This document shows positions 24,891-38,445 of a stretch of DNA of 64,000 nt, piece by piece. Source of the DNA: Heteronotia binoei (lineage: Eukaryota); contig NC_083240.1 of NCBI RefSeq assembly GCF_032191835.1, forward strand, positions 27,776,001 to 27,840,000, read 5' to 3'. The notes below the pieces were generated by a model. The model made no database searches. It was not told the DNA's origin and worked only from the letters and a program-made list of their open reading frames with translations. Position 1 is the first letter of the stretch. Each line of letters begins with the position of its first letter. The position numbers and the translations under genes are program-made.

Positions 24891-27255
24891 GATCATGGAA
24901 GTGCCCAATTATACCGTACAAAGCATCAGGTGCAGTTCATGTCAATATACCCTAAGACAGTCAGGCAGGATTGGTCTGATTCTGATTCTGGCACAGATAG
25001 TCATGGGCTGATGAAAGAATATATTATAGGAGTTTTAAAAACAGCTGAATGAAGATGAACAGACATGCAATTCCAAAAAACTATAGAAATTTGGTGTAAT
25101 GCTTTATATCAATAGCTGTATGACTGGAGAAATCCTACTGACGTGTTTATATATAAAACTCACAGGCAGGTGAAAACTATGTTGCTTTTCTTCTAAAATG
25201 GTAATATGAAACCACAGGTAGATAGTCTTCAATTGGGAGTTAAGAACTAAGCCATAAACAAACTTTTAGCAAAGGGCAAGAAATGAACAAGGCTAGCACT
25301 ATGTCTTTGCAGCTTAATCACTAGATCAACAAGGGTACCAGGTGCTAAAACTCTTGTGCAGAGATACTCTTACCTGCCTCACACCAAAAGATTTCTGCTT
25401 TAATTTCAGGAACTATTAAAATGCTAGCTTGTAACCAACATTCCCCAAGCACACTAGACAAAATTACCAGTAGTTTTGTAGTACAATTGAAACCTGGTAT
25501 TCTTACTGATAGCAAATCCACTCCTGCTTCAAGCAGTCTCTAGAGAGCTAATGCTCTCGCCATATAAGCTGTGTAAAAGAGAATTCTTGTGTTACCTTGA
25601 AGACTAAAAAAAAACTATTATGGTATAATTTTCATGAGTCAGACCTCATTTCCTCATATACATGGCATTCAAAACCATTACCAAATGCAAAACAGTGTAA
25701 AATAAAATGTGACAAAGAATGACTAAACGTGTAGAAGATTACGATACAATGTAAGAACCCACCAACGTTTTAATGGGAGTTTTTTTAGTATGTAAATGTT
25801 TATGAAAACAATAAAGCGCCAACTAAGTATTTAGATTTTGTATTGTATTAACTATGATTTTTTTAAAAAATCAACATCCCTAAAGGGTGGGTTCTGCTGA
25901 GACACTTACAAGTGGAGTAAAGAAGCCCAAGTCTACATTTATGATGGGGTATGGGGTGGCATCCAATCTCTTGGATCAGTCCCAATTCAGCACTTTTTGA
26001 TCTCCCTTTAAACAGGAACAGTAAACTACACAGAGATATTTACTTTACATCCCATCCCCAAAAGCTAATCTGCACTTTGTTCTGGAAAGTTTCTTCAAAT
26101 TAGTAGTCTTACTTGCTATCTATGCTTGCCTTCAGAGAAACAAGCCATTAACCCCACACATACCACACAAAAGTTAGTGGCATGGTATTTCTATTCAGCT
26201 ACAACAGGTTTATCAACCGTTACTAGTGCCTGCAGCTGAATATTTGCTGTCAATTTCCCAACATATGAGAACCAGCTCTTACACTCCGTTTTTAGGATTC
26301 CCTGGCCCACAGCAACCCCAGATCCCTTTTTTGGTATTCATTTCATTCTACAGCACAGATCTTCTTCTGTACCCCTTATCTGTATATGAAGTTCTTTTTC
26401 AGGCAACAGTCAGTGTTCCTTTTTCCTTCTACTCAGATGTTCTCTTTTGTCTCTGCTTTTCAGAAGCAAGAAACTGAATAGGTGCGGGAAGACAGCAATG
26501 ACAAATTGGCAGCCTGTCACCATGAGCAATTTGTTTATTGGGCCAGGGAGGCATGTCTGGCTGCTTTAGCTGTAAGAACAAGTAAAGTGGAAGTTGCTGC
26601 TTTGGGGAAACTATTCCATGACAGAAGCAGTTCCCTTGACTGTATCTAAAAAAAGAGGCTGGAAGAGACAGAAGCTACTCCCAAGGTACAAGGAACACAA
26701 GTACAATCGGTGTATGTTTTTACATGTGTGTTCAGTAATTCTCATGTTGTATTTGATGCACGTACAGATGAACAGTGAACATGTAATCAAAACTGTACAT
26801 TTATCCAAGTGTTGGTCCCCTGTTTCAACTATAAACTGACCACAAGCTGGCTCTTCCTTATAAACAGATGTCTCTGTGTTTACTGTAACATATGAACAGG
26901 GCTAGAAGCAAGAATGTGTAGATGAGTGTTAAAAAGCCACTCAGTTGTATCCTACAGCACAACTCAATAACTACTAGGACCAGGCAAATTCATAAGCACT
27001 AGTTAGTAGTTAAGAGTTGCTGACAAACAATTACAGGACCATGCTCTTTTATTCACAGTGAGCCCATGAAATAAAACATAATATATACCTACTTCTCCCT
27101 CTAACACTACCCCCTCAATGGTAGTAACAAAGTTTTTTTCTTCCCAGATGCTGCATGTGAAGAGGTTTTATCTTCAAGTAATTCTGTCAACCAACAAAGC
27201 TAGGACAGAACCTTTATGGTCTGACTGCTAAATGGGAGAGCATCATCTTCCGGAT

Positions 27256-27406
27256 AATTTCATTTTATTTATTTCTCGTATTTATATCCCGCCCTCCTCG
27301 CCGAAGCAGGCTCAGGACGGCTAACAACAGTCAAATCCAGACAATAAATAATAGTAAACAATTAAAATTAATAATCATTGCTGATCAAACAATTTAAAAC
27401 AAGTTG
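27256..27406 (-). mobile_element. L2 3' end, interrupted by an L1 insertion
   Basis: TTTATATCCCGCCCTCCTCGCCGAAGCAGGCTCAGGACGGCTAAC. Confidence 0.7.
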
Positions 27407-27424
27407 AAACAATCTAAAATGATC

Positions 27425-27999
27425 AGGATTATGACAACTATGTATTGGAGCAAAATGGACAAGCTTACGAGAATATTAAAAGAACTTGACATAGAAAAGT
27501 TCAATAAGGAATGGGAGAAATTTCAAAAATATGTTGAAAAACAGTGGAAGGTGAAAGGACACTTGGTGATTTATAATAATGGGTTTTTTTAAAGCATGCT
27601 ATCAAATTATTTCAATAAGGACTATAGTTAAAAATGGAATTATGGAAATATATAATGTTTTCATTTATAAGGACTGGGATTAATGGATTATATTTAAGAT
27701 AGGCAATTTTAAGAATTAAGTATAATAGTATTATAATGGACTACTAATCAATACAGATAGTAATAGTAGTAAGTAATTTTGCTCTTATTTGTATTTTATT
27801 ATAGTTACAAGTTCTTTTTTTTAAGTAGATTCTTAAAAGGTTAATATTACCTTTTATTTCTTTTTATATTTTAAGTAGAATGCACCGGGGAAGTCACAGA
27901 AAGGGGGGAGGGAGAAGGGAAATATGATGCAATATTTTGATGTTTATTTTTGGATAGTAACTGATTAGTGTTGCTGAATAATAAAATCGTTTTATGACA
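27425..27999 (+). mobile_element. 5'-truncated L1 (ORF2 C-terminus + 3'UTR)
   Basis: YWSKMDKLTRILKELDIEKFNKEWEKFQKYVEKQWK is homologous to 45450-45590. Flanked by the 18-bp TSD AAACAATCTAAAATGATC (27407-27424, 28000-28017). Confidence 0.85.
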
Positions 28000-28321
28000 A
28001 AACAATCTAAAATGATCTAAAACAATTTTGGTGCTAGTGTTGGTACTATTAAATTCCACGATGTTGGGCCAAATTCAGCGATAATAGGCCAAAAGCAAGC
28101 GTTCTGAGTTATGAACTTAGTTCAGCTCAGCCCGACAATTCCGAAGTTGAGCAGGAACTATAAAGATACTTCTCATATTGCCAGAACTAAAAAAAGGTGC
28201 TTCCCATACTACTATTGATTTTACTATAGATATACAATTCACTAAGGTGCCCATTATAATCTCAACTTTACAATTTCAGAGCATATATGCCTTTTCAATT
28301 AGTGAAAAAAGTGGGGAGGGG

Positions 28322-28675
28322 GACATAAGAACATAAGAGAAGCCATGTTGGATCAGGCCAATGGCCCATCTAGTCCAACATTCTGTGTCACACAATAACC
28401 AAAAAAACCCAGCCGCTATCAGGAGATCCATCAGTGGGGCCAGGACACTAGAAGCTTTCCCACTGTTGCCCCCCCAAGCACCAAGAATACAGAGCATCAC
28501 TGCCCCAGAGAGTTCCATCAATACACTGTGGCTAACAGCCACAGATAGACCTCTGCTCTATATGTTTATCCAATCCCCTCTTGAAGCTGTCTATGCTTGT
28601 AACTGCCACCACCTCCTGTGGCAGTGAATTCTATGTTAATCACCCTTTGGATGAAGAAGTACTTCCTTTTATCTG
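28322..28675 (-). mobile_element. CR1 3' end
   Basis: ACATAAGAACATAAGAGAAGCCATGTTGGATCAGGCC...; KRKYFFIQRVIN. Confidence 0.88.
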
Positions 28676-30398
28676 TAAAGACCTTACACCTTCTGAAAAA
28701 GTTATGCTGAGAATTACAAGACCACATATAAAAGTCCTTTGGGATGATGGCTACAGCATTAAGGGGAACTGCAGAGACCATAAAAATGCTGGCTGGATCC
28801 AAAGCTTTGGAGAAATAACTTTGGAGGAATAACTCAGATGGTACAAAAAGTAAGAATAAAAAAAAGAATCTAGTTGGCAGTGTCTGCTCTATCTCAACTG
28901 CATGCAAAAGATAAGGCATTCTTGCCCATGTCCTCTCGCCCATGGGATGACCTTCCCACAGCTGTTCCCTGATTCTTAAGTACTCTGGACCCTGGACAAA
29001 GCACTTGTATTACTATTATTATTCCCTACCTCTCAAATGGTGAGATACCTGTGCTAAGGTAGCATAGAGCACAACTGTTGGCGGCCCTCATGCACAGGGT
29101 ATACTTACATGACTGCTTATAGAAAACTAAGGCATTTATACTTTTTACGCTTGGGATAAATGTAAAAGAATACAATTTTATATGCCAACCAGGTTAACCA
29201 AGTTATAAATTTTATGTTAAAAGCATTTAAGTTTAGGTTTGATATTCCATGTATTTCAGTCCACACACAATCATTTCTTGCAGGGTGGGGGTGGAGAGAA
29301 ACAAGCTTCCTAGCTACTTTACATCTTTGAGCTTAGTTCTAGAAAATTCCTACTGGAGCTCTGGAATACTCAACTGCTTAATTCTAAATCCACATTACAG
29401 TCTACTCACAGTAAAAAGCTACAAGTTTTTGGATGAAGGATATGTGGTTTCTCATTTGCTGTAAACCAATTTTCTTTACACAAAAGAATATATAACTTTG
29501 CTAATGGTCTCTAGCAGTTACGCTGATTATCCATAGTTGCACTTATTTAAATGTGCACCCTAGTTTTTCAGCAGTTCACAATAATTTAAGGTATCAGCTT
29601 TGTCTTCTACATAAATTGTCAGAATCTAAAACATATATATTATTATCAAGGCAGAATGTTTTACAGCCAATTAGCCCTATTACACAGTGCATCAATTTAA
29701 CCCAAGTTTTGCCACAACAGGATGCAAATGCCAATATGCTGCACTGATTAATCTATACTAAAGAGTCCATTCCTGAACACTGGTTTCAATTAATTGATAG
29801 GCAAGCCCTGTAACAGTTGAAAATTAATTCCCTGGCAACAGAATGATGCTGAAGGCATAAAAAAGTGTTTAGCAATATAATACACACACTGGATTACATG
29901 GATTTAACAGTTAGTATGCTACAGTCATTTTGTTTTCATGGTGTAAGTTCTTATGACAGCAGATTCCCTACAATCATTAGAGCTTGTTTTTGAAGTTATT
30001 ATTCTTGCCTGAAGCACATCAATACTATCCAAGTTGAGAAGAAAAGATCGAAGTAAAGGTCAGAGTACCCAAAGGAATGTTCTCCATTTCAGGATTCACT
30101 CTTTCTAGAAAAAAAGGAGACCCTTTTGAAAGAGTAACTATTTTTGCTCATGTGAATATGTTTTCCCTCCGAAGACTTAGATACGAGTGTGTCAGATATG
30201 GGCATGAAAATTCAAACACAGTATGATGATATAATTTTACTATTCTTCTCCCCTACCCCATAAATGAAAAAAATCCTGTTAGAGCAATTGTGCCTTAATT
30301 CTTGTGAAGTGCTAAACCTTGTCCTTCAAAAGCATCAATTGCTTTACTCAAAGCTGCCTTTTCACTCTCACATCTTGAAAATATAATCTGTTCGGTAT

Positions 30399-30592
30399 CA
30401 ATGTTCCCTCTAAACTGCAGAGTCCTGTGAGCAAAAATTCTACTTTGTGAGCTACTGGCATTAAAGTTGTGAGCTACTGCATAAATTAGTGTGCTCTGGG
30501 GTCATCCTTCCTGAGCTAAGACAAAAACGTGTGAGCTGAAGGGTAAAAATTTGTGAGCTAGCTCATGCTAACTCAGCGTAGAGAGATCACTG
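30399..30592. mobile_element. hAT MITE (CAGTGTTCCCTCTA-type TIR)
   Basis: CAATGTTCCCTCTA / TAGAGAGATCACTG; TSD TTCGGTAT/TTCTGTAT (7/8). Confidence 0.8.
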
Positions 30593-31530
30593 TTCTGTAT
30601 GGGAGATTACAAAGGCAGCACAGCTCCCACATAATTAGCTGTTTTATACAGAGCCAGACAACTGGTCCTTCCAGCCCAGTCTTGTTTATAGCTCTCATCT
30701 TGCTGAAATTCTTCTAATGAAGTGTTAGAAAGGGAATCCTAATGCTGAATATGTAGCCTGTGGACCAAGAGCCAAAAACAGATTTACTAGTATGAGGCAA
30801 GGTGGCAAAACCTCATAAAACAGATCTACTCATACTATGCCTTGGATTTGCAAGTGAAATTCCATGACCCACATTTGTATGCAATAAATGTAGAAAATGT
30901 GGGGGAAATTGATTTTTATGCCTTAGATCAGAAAAGCAACAATGGGCAGAGGCATTATTGGTTATTTTCAGAGGAATTCATTAGCTTTCCAGCAGTGCTC
31001 TGAATATGAAATTGGGTCACTTGGTTCATGAGTTATTGCTCAAATTAGAAAATGTACAAAAATTGTCTTTGATGACATATTAAAAACCTTAAGTTACTAA
31101 TCAGAATGGTTTATCACATTAAAATGTGAATGACATATATCTTTTAGAAAAATAAAGAGGTTCTGCAACCTTACTTGATACAGACACCTAGTCTGGCCCA
31201 CAGACTAATGTGTTAAGCTAGGTCCATTGTTTCTATCACTACACCAAGACATACCTGCTGCAAGTGTAGCATTAACCCCACTATTTTTGCTTTGCTTTCA
31301 GCATTTGGGAAGATGCTGAGTACAGGAAGATTTCCTCAAGCAAGGGTAACAATGGATACAAAGAACAATTAGCACAAATTTCCAAAGTGAACCAACCCCC
31401 TACTAACCTAAAGTCTCATGTAGTTACCAATGATATCTGTTCAGCAGACAGTATAGCTGGGAGGGCAGCATACCTGTTTCTATCCCATTTTATCTTAATC
31501 ACTTTGAAAAGCAGGTTGAACAAGAACAGC

Positions 31531-34512
31531 CCATTGGACTTACCGTGAGGGGTCCTTCTCCTCAGAGGTTCGGAGGACATCTCCATGGGTTATTCCTATT
31601 GGACCCTTTAGGGAAGCAGGAAACATTTTTTTCCCCTTCCTTCTAGCACCTTCAGAATAACCCCGCCTCTCAGTCGTGGGAGCAGTGATGTCTTCCCTCT
31701 ATCTAGAAGGACTATAGACAAAACTAACAACATATAACTAGAGAAACTAACGTCAACTCCTATAATACTATAGTGCAAAAGTTCAAAGGAGAATGAAAAC
31801 TATAACAAGTAGGAAAAAAGTATTGTATAGAGATGATGAAAAACACTGGGAGTGGCGAGATGTCCTCCGAACCTCTGAGGAGAAGGACCCCTCACGGTAA
31901 GTCCAATGGTCCGTTCTCCCTCGGAGGTTGTCAGACATCTCCATAGGACCTCCCAGAGCAGTCCCCTAGATGGGTGGGTCTTCATCGTCGGCCTTGCCTA
32001 GAACATGCTGTAACTCTTTTCTGCCGAATGCTGCGTCTGCTGAGGCCATCGGATGCAGTTTGTAGTGTCTTACAAATGTAGAAGGGTGAGGACCAGGTCG
32101 CTGCTCTGCACGCTTCTTCCACCGAGGCTCGGTTTAGTAAGGCTGTATTGGTGGATGCACTTCTGCAAGAGTGTGCTGTAATGCCCTTAGGAACGTACAA
32201 CCCTGTTGCCTTGTATGCTTCCACAATGCATGCTTTAAGTACTGCACTGATTGAAGAAGTGGACATCCTCTCTCCGAGTCTGGGAGTAGAGATCCAAAAT
32301 GGCCCTCCAGTCGACATTCTTTTTGGGGACAGTGAAAAGAATGGAGTAGACCCCCTTTCCTCTCTCTGCCCCCAGCCCCAGTTCTATAGCCTGGATGTCT
32401 ATAAGATGTAGCATTGCTCTTAAGAGTAATGAGTCTCTTGTTGAATTGTTTGGGAGTAGGAGATCTGATGAACCTGTCTGGTGGTAGATGGCAAAATTCT
32501 ACTGCATATCCCTGTTTTATCACTTCTAATGTCCACTGATCCACCTGAGCAGCCTCCCAGGCTGAAGGGAAATGAAGAAGCCATGCTCCCACTGGAAAGG
32601 ATTCATAGTCATGACTGTTTGGACTTATTCTCTCTGTCCGATTTGTCAGACTTGGAGAAATTATTTCAGTTAAACTTGGAGCCGAAAGAGCCTCTCTTAA
32701 ATGAGGTCTTTGCTGTCTCTAAGCTGAATTTCTTTGTTTCTGAGCGATACCTGGCCAGAGAATGTTGCAACCAAAAGGGCTGAGTGCCTCTTCTGTCGTT
32801 TCTCTTGATGGATTTGGGCATGGCTTTCTTTTTATCATGAGTTTTCACAAGGATTTTGTCTAAGGCCTCTTCAAGGAGCCGGTCTCCTTGGAAGGGGTAA
32901 GCAGCCACTGTGGATTTAGAAAGAAAATCTACGTACTTGCGAAGCCCGAAGCCACAAGAGACGCCCGGTGACTGTCATGGATGCCATGGCCTTTGACGCA
33001 AAGGTGCTTTCAAAACATGAGTAGCACCTTCTAAAAGATGACGATTGTCCTCAGGTAACATCTGGATTAAGTTGCACATCCAGACTATGGACACCCTGGA
33101 TACCAGGGAGGCCGTAGAGGACGCTCTCACCATCATGGCTATAGATTCACGAAGTTTTGTCAAGGTGTTTTGTCTAGGGGGTCCCTAAGAGAACCCTGAC
33201 CATCCTCAGACACGACCAGAGGATTGGAGCACTGCTACAGGGCTGTCAACTGATGATGCCTGAAACAGTTCATTAGTGTAAGCTGGAAGGGCATACAGCT
33301 TTTTATTTGAATGAAGGAACTGCCTGTTAGAAGCTGGCTTTTCCCATTCACTCCTAAGTTGCTTTTCAAAATACTCTGGAAAAGGAAAAACCTGCTCAGA
33401 GGTTTCCCCTTGAGGAAGAAACTCAGCATTCCAACTGGTTCTGCATTGGAGTTTCTTAATGCTGCCAGACTTAGCCTCCTCTTCAGGAGGAACCTCCTGT
33501 ATTTCTAAATTGAGAGGGTTTTTGCAAGCAAATAGTGATAATCTTCCTAATGGAAGAAACGACTAGCCTGTTCAGGTACTCTGACTTCCTCTTGCTCCTC
33601 CTCAGAAAAGCACTCCCCCTCCTCCCTGTCCTCATTATCCGACCCTGAGGCCATGGACTCAGATTCCATGGGTTGAGTAGGGAGGGGCTGAGAGGGTGCC
33701 TTTCGAGCTGCCTTGGTAGGCCAGGTAAAAGAGGGGAAGGGGTGATAGGAAGAGGGTACTTGGGGAAGAAGACCCATCCAACTACAAAAGGAACTCATTT
33801 CCTCTTGCATTGCCTGTCTCCAAAAAAGTATAGCCTCTGCATCCAGAGGGTAGCCCACTGGCAATATAAATATTACCCCTGAGTAGACCTGGAGTCAGTT
33901 GGGATCTGCCGCAAGCATTCTGCAGGGTCCTACGGGCCTCTGAAGTGCCTGCTGCTGGAGTGTGGAAGTTTGGGAAGCAGCGCTCCGCGCTTCCCAGATG
34001 GCTGCCTGCAGTCGTCATTGCTCCCTGAGTGTCAGTAGGGGTCTCTGTTAAGTGGCGTTTTTTGGCGCCACGCACTAAATTGTCTTCAGCAGCATTGGGG
34101 AGGGCACGATCGAGCCACAAAGGCAGGTCAGCACCTCTAAAGTTTCCTGCCACAAGCGATGCGGCACTGGGCTCTCCCTCCTCTTCTGGCAAAAATCCGG
34201 CGTTGCCCCTGCAAGCTATGGGTCCCCAAACAGATCAACTCCTCCAGAGTTTGGTCCGATAGAAAAGAGAAATTGAAGGAGAAGGAGAGAGAGTAGATAT
34301 TAGAGAAGTTTAGAAAGTAAATAGTCTGCAAGGAAAAATAGCCAAGGAAAAACGCTTAGCCTAGCCTGTGTGCTGCTGCCCCCTATTGAGGCAGGAACTA
34401 AACTGGGAGGCAGGGTTAATCCGAAGGAAGGGGGGAAAAGTGTTTCCTGCCTCCCTAAAGGGTCCAATAGGAATAACCCACGGAGATGTCCGACAACCTC
34501 AGAGGGAGAATG
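31531..34512 (-). mobile_element. DIRS1-type tyrosine-recombinase retrotransposon, internally deleted (DIRS-A)
   Basis: ITRs at about 31572-31676 and 34395-34491. The ICR (31857-31942) is complementary to both termini (53/53 and 28/31). Gag-like remnants (EALDKILVKTHDKKKAMPK), RT N-terminus (GVYSILFTVPKKNVDWRAILDL) and YR C-terminus (GITAHSCRSASTNTALLNRASVEEACRAATWSS) are present. Confidence 0.92.
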
Positions 34513-36699
34513 TACGCTGTACAAGGCCATTCAACAAGCATCATGGCCAACTGGAGATCTGAAACCTAATCTCCTCCTTTCAAATTCCATTCTGCTCAAA
34601 TCCATATCAGTGGATCATAACAGATCTAAAACAGAATGCTGAAAATCAATGAACCATCTCACTGAACAATGTCTACTCTAAACTGCAAACTATACAAAAA
34701 GCCAATGCTCACGACCAAAACGCTGCAAAATTAAAACCAATTTTATACCTAGTATGCACAAATAAACCACATAAATTCAAAAGCAACACAGTTGCAGTTT
34801 TGAAACACCGTTGACCCGAACTGATAACTTGTAAACCATGCTGTTCCACTGCTTACAACAAATGTCCGTTTTTAAAGAGCACCCGCTCTTTTCCTTCATG
34901 TCCTTCCTGTGCGTGGAATATGGCGACTGATGACACAGTTCTTTATAGTTGATGGTAAGTTCAGTAATTATTGTTTCCAAGATGAGAATAGTGCTACGGT
35001 GAACCGGTAATCATTCCGTTCCCCACAAACACTTTGACTGGCACATATCCATTGCTTGGAACAAACTTTCAAGTGAAGCAAATCGCACCCTCCTTATTCA
35101 AGTCAAGGAGGATGCAATTTGCATCGCTATGAACCCAAGATGTTCAGCACGCTAAGCACATGTTCAACTGCCAAGTCACAGTCTAAATTACTGGATTGGA
35201 TGAGTGCATTTAGTGAGTATAAAGTATTAAGCAAAGAAAGAAAAGGGGCATTTGGAAATCAAAATGAATTCTCAAACAAAGAAATTAATATATTTGATAA
35301 TCTCAATTTCATTTATCCAGAAACAGAGACATGATTGAACATGTTAAAATTTATTTATTTATTTACTTTAGATTTATATGCCGTCCACTCTGCAAGCGGA
35401 CTCTGATGATTTCACACTGTACAGCAGGACATATATGCTTTAATATAAAGTATATACTTTACTACAGACACCAATAGGAGCACTCTTGCAACCTTTAATG
35501 ACACATTAGACTACAGGACTCCCCATCCCCCAAGATTTTATAATGAAGTTAGTCATCCAAACTTAGATCTTGCTTCACTGGCATTTAGTTATCTGATCTA
35601 TCCAGCCCACCTCAAAATTCTGTATGACCTCACTGAAGGCTTTGACTTGGGAGCAGTTAAGTAATTAGAGATCTGCATTTCCAGAAATGTAGATGGCACA
35701 TTCTTGATTCCTTAATTCTACTATGCAAAAATCCGGAAAGAAAAAATGAACTTTGCAGCATGCTACTCAGTTCTAAAATGCAGAAATATCTGCTGTGAAA
35801 CTATTTTAATAACAGCATTTTTAACATAACTTCATTGTAGGAGAAATGTCAAAGAACAGTTGTTACAGAAATGTCAAAGAATAGCTGTTTCTGATTTTCC
35901 CACGTTGCTTATTACGTCCTAAACTGCTTAAGAAAACATTTGAGATGAATCAAGCGCTAAACTGACTGTTGTTCACGTTATAATGCATTTTTTTTGTCTT
36001 CTGCAGAAACTGACAAGAGCATTACTGAAAAGCAGGCTATAAGAATTTTTAAGAATTGTGTCACAGTAATAATAATTATTGTATGGCATTGTGTGTGATA
36101 TAGCCAGGAGATCCAATGACTGGCAGCTTTCAGTTCTAGCTCCTTAGCATTATGTACCACTAGGTAGTGAGCTAGTCATTTTTGGGGCTGAGAGAGCTCT
36201 GACTGACCCAAAGCCACCCAGCCAGTTTCACTGGAATCAACCTGGTTCTCCAGATTAGAGTCCATCACTCTTAACCACTACACCATGCTGGGTCTCTTTG
36301 CGTCACAGTAATACTGTCCAGTAACCTTCCTAATCAAGGCTTGACTACATGAGACTGCCCTTGACAAGTGATAAACTGCTACCAGTGTAAGACTGCAGCT
36401 GCTCAGCTCATTTTGAAGTATTTACATTGGCTACCAATTGATTTCTGGCAAAGTGTTCTCTGAAGTCCCAAAAAGCCTTGGTCCTAGATTTCATAAGAAG
36501 GGTATCATAGTTAGTTCATTTGATTTATATCCTGCCCTTCCCGCCAAAGCAGGCTCGGTAAATGTTTCTCGTGCACCAGCTTCTCAGAGTATTGTTAGCA
36601 CAAAAAAGCAGCACGGTCTTCACAGCACTGGTTGCAATTTCATGGAAATCAATTGGTAGCCAACAAGGTCATGACATCTGTGAGAGCTGCCAGAAGAAC

Positions 36700-37245
36700 C
36701 TCACTGCTCAGGGTGTGGCAGGCCAACCTCCATTCTAAGTCAATTTCCTAATGACACATTTCATAAAGACAAGACTATCTGGAGACACCTTGGACAAAAT
36801 TCTTGTTGAAACTAGAGACAAGAAGGAGGAAATGCCCAGAACTCTAACTTGCTCTGACAAAAGGTCCTCTGGGAACAATTCCTTTCAATCCCAATGCATA
36901 CTCCTAAGATTCAACAGGGATAACACAGAAGATAAAATTGGGGATCTCCAAGACAAGTCTTTCAGAAGAGGATCCTTCAGCAACCACATCAACTAACTAT
37001 TCTCAGCCAGATCTGACAGACCAACACAGGTCAATAAGCAAACCAAAGCATGACTACTAAGCACCTCCTTAATTCTGGACAAAACAGAGGGTCCTTACTT
37101 CAGATCTTAACTGAAGCATATGTCCACATCCCAGTCTCTTCTGGCAAAAGTAGGTTCTACCAGTTCTGCATTGGAGAATTACATCTACAGTTCAGAGCCC
37201 TGCCATTCAGTCTCTCTATGGCACTAAGTATTCACAAAGATCTTG
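36700..37245 (+). mobile_element. DIRS-B part 1 (gag-like end + RT fragment)
   Basis: GDTLDKILVETRDKKEEMPR; AYVHIPVSSGKSRFYQFCIGELHLQFRALPFSLS. The 5' terminus was not found. Confidence 0.8.
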
Positions 37246-37309
37246 ATCAACCCAATATTATTATTATTATTTATTAATTTATCCTGGCCGATACCAGGTT
37301 CTAGGCAAT

Positions 37310-38445
37310 AAGAACATAAGAGAAGCCATGTTGGATCAGGCCAATGGCCCATCCAGTCCAACACTGTGTGTCACACAGTGGCCAAAATATATATATACAC
37401 ACACACACACACACTGTGGCTAACAGCCACTGATGGACCTCTGCTCCATATTTTTATCCAATCCCCTCTTGAAGCTGGCTATGCTTGCAGCCGCCACCAC
37501 CTCCTGTGGCAGTGAATTCCACTTGTTAATCACCCTTTGGGTGAAGAAGTACTTCCTTTTATCCGTTTCAACCTGACTGTTCAGCAATTTCATTGAATGC
37601 CCACGAGTTCTTGTATTGTGAGAAAGGGGGGAAAGTACTTCTTTCTCTACTTTCTCCATCCCTTGCATAATCTTGTAAACCTCTATCATGTCACCCCGCA
37701 GTTGACGTTTCTCCAAGCTAAAGAGCCCCAAGCGTTTTAACCTTCTTCATAGGGGAAGTGTTCCAAACCTTTAATCATTCTAGTTGCCCTTTTCTGGACT
37801 TTTCCCAATGCTATAATGTCCTTTTTGAGGTGCGGTGACCAGAATTGTACACAGTATTCCAAATGAGACCACACCATCGATTTATACAGGGGCACTATGA
37901 TACTGGCTGATTTGTTTTCATTTCCCTTCCTAATAATTCCCAGCATGGCGTTGGCCTTTTTTATTGCAATTGCACACTGTCTTGACATTTTCAGTGAGTG
38001 ATCTACCATGACCCCAAGATCTCTCTCTTAGTCAGTCTCTGCCACTTCACAACCCATCAACTTGTATTTGCAGCTGGGATTCTTGGCCCCAATGTGCATT
38101 ACTTTGCACTTGGCCACATTGAACCTCATCTGCCACACTGACGCCCACTCACCTAGTCTCAACAGATCCCTTTGGAGTTCCTCACAATCCTCTCAGGTTC
38201 TTACCACCCTGAACAATTTAGTGTCATCTGCAAACTTAGCCACTTCACTTCTTACTCACAACACGAAATCATTAATGAACAAGTTAAAGAGCATGGGACC
38301 CAGTACTGAGTCCTGCGGCACCCCACTGCTTACCATCCTCCACTGCGAAGACTGCCCATTTATACTCACTCTCTGCTTCCTATTAATTAGCCTGTTTTTG
38401 ATCCACAAGAGGACCTGGCTGGTTTCCTGCTTCTAATATATCTGA
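37310..38445 (-). mobile_element. CR1 LINE, truncated and deleted, inserted into DIRS-B
   Basis: ORFs 38009-37737 and 37731-37420 (HLEYCVQFWSPHLKKDI...; LFSLEKRQLRGDMIEVYKI); (TTATGTTC) tail. Confidence 0.9.
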
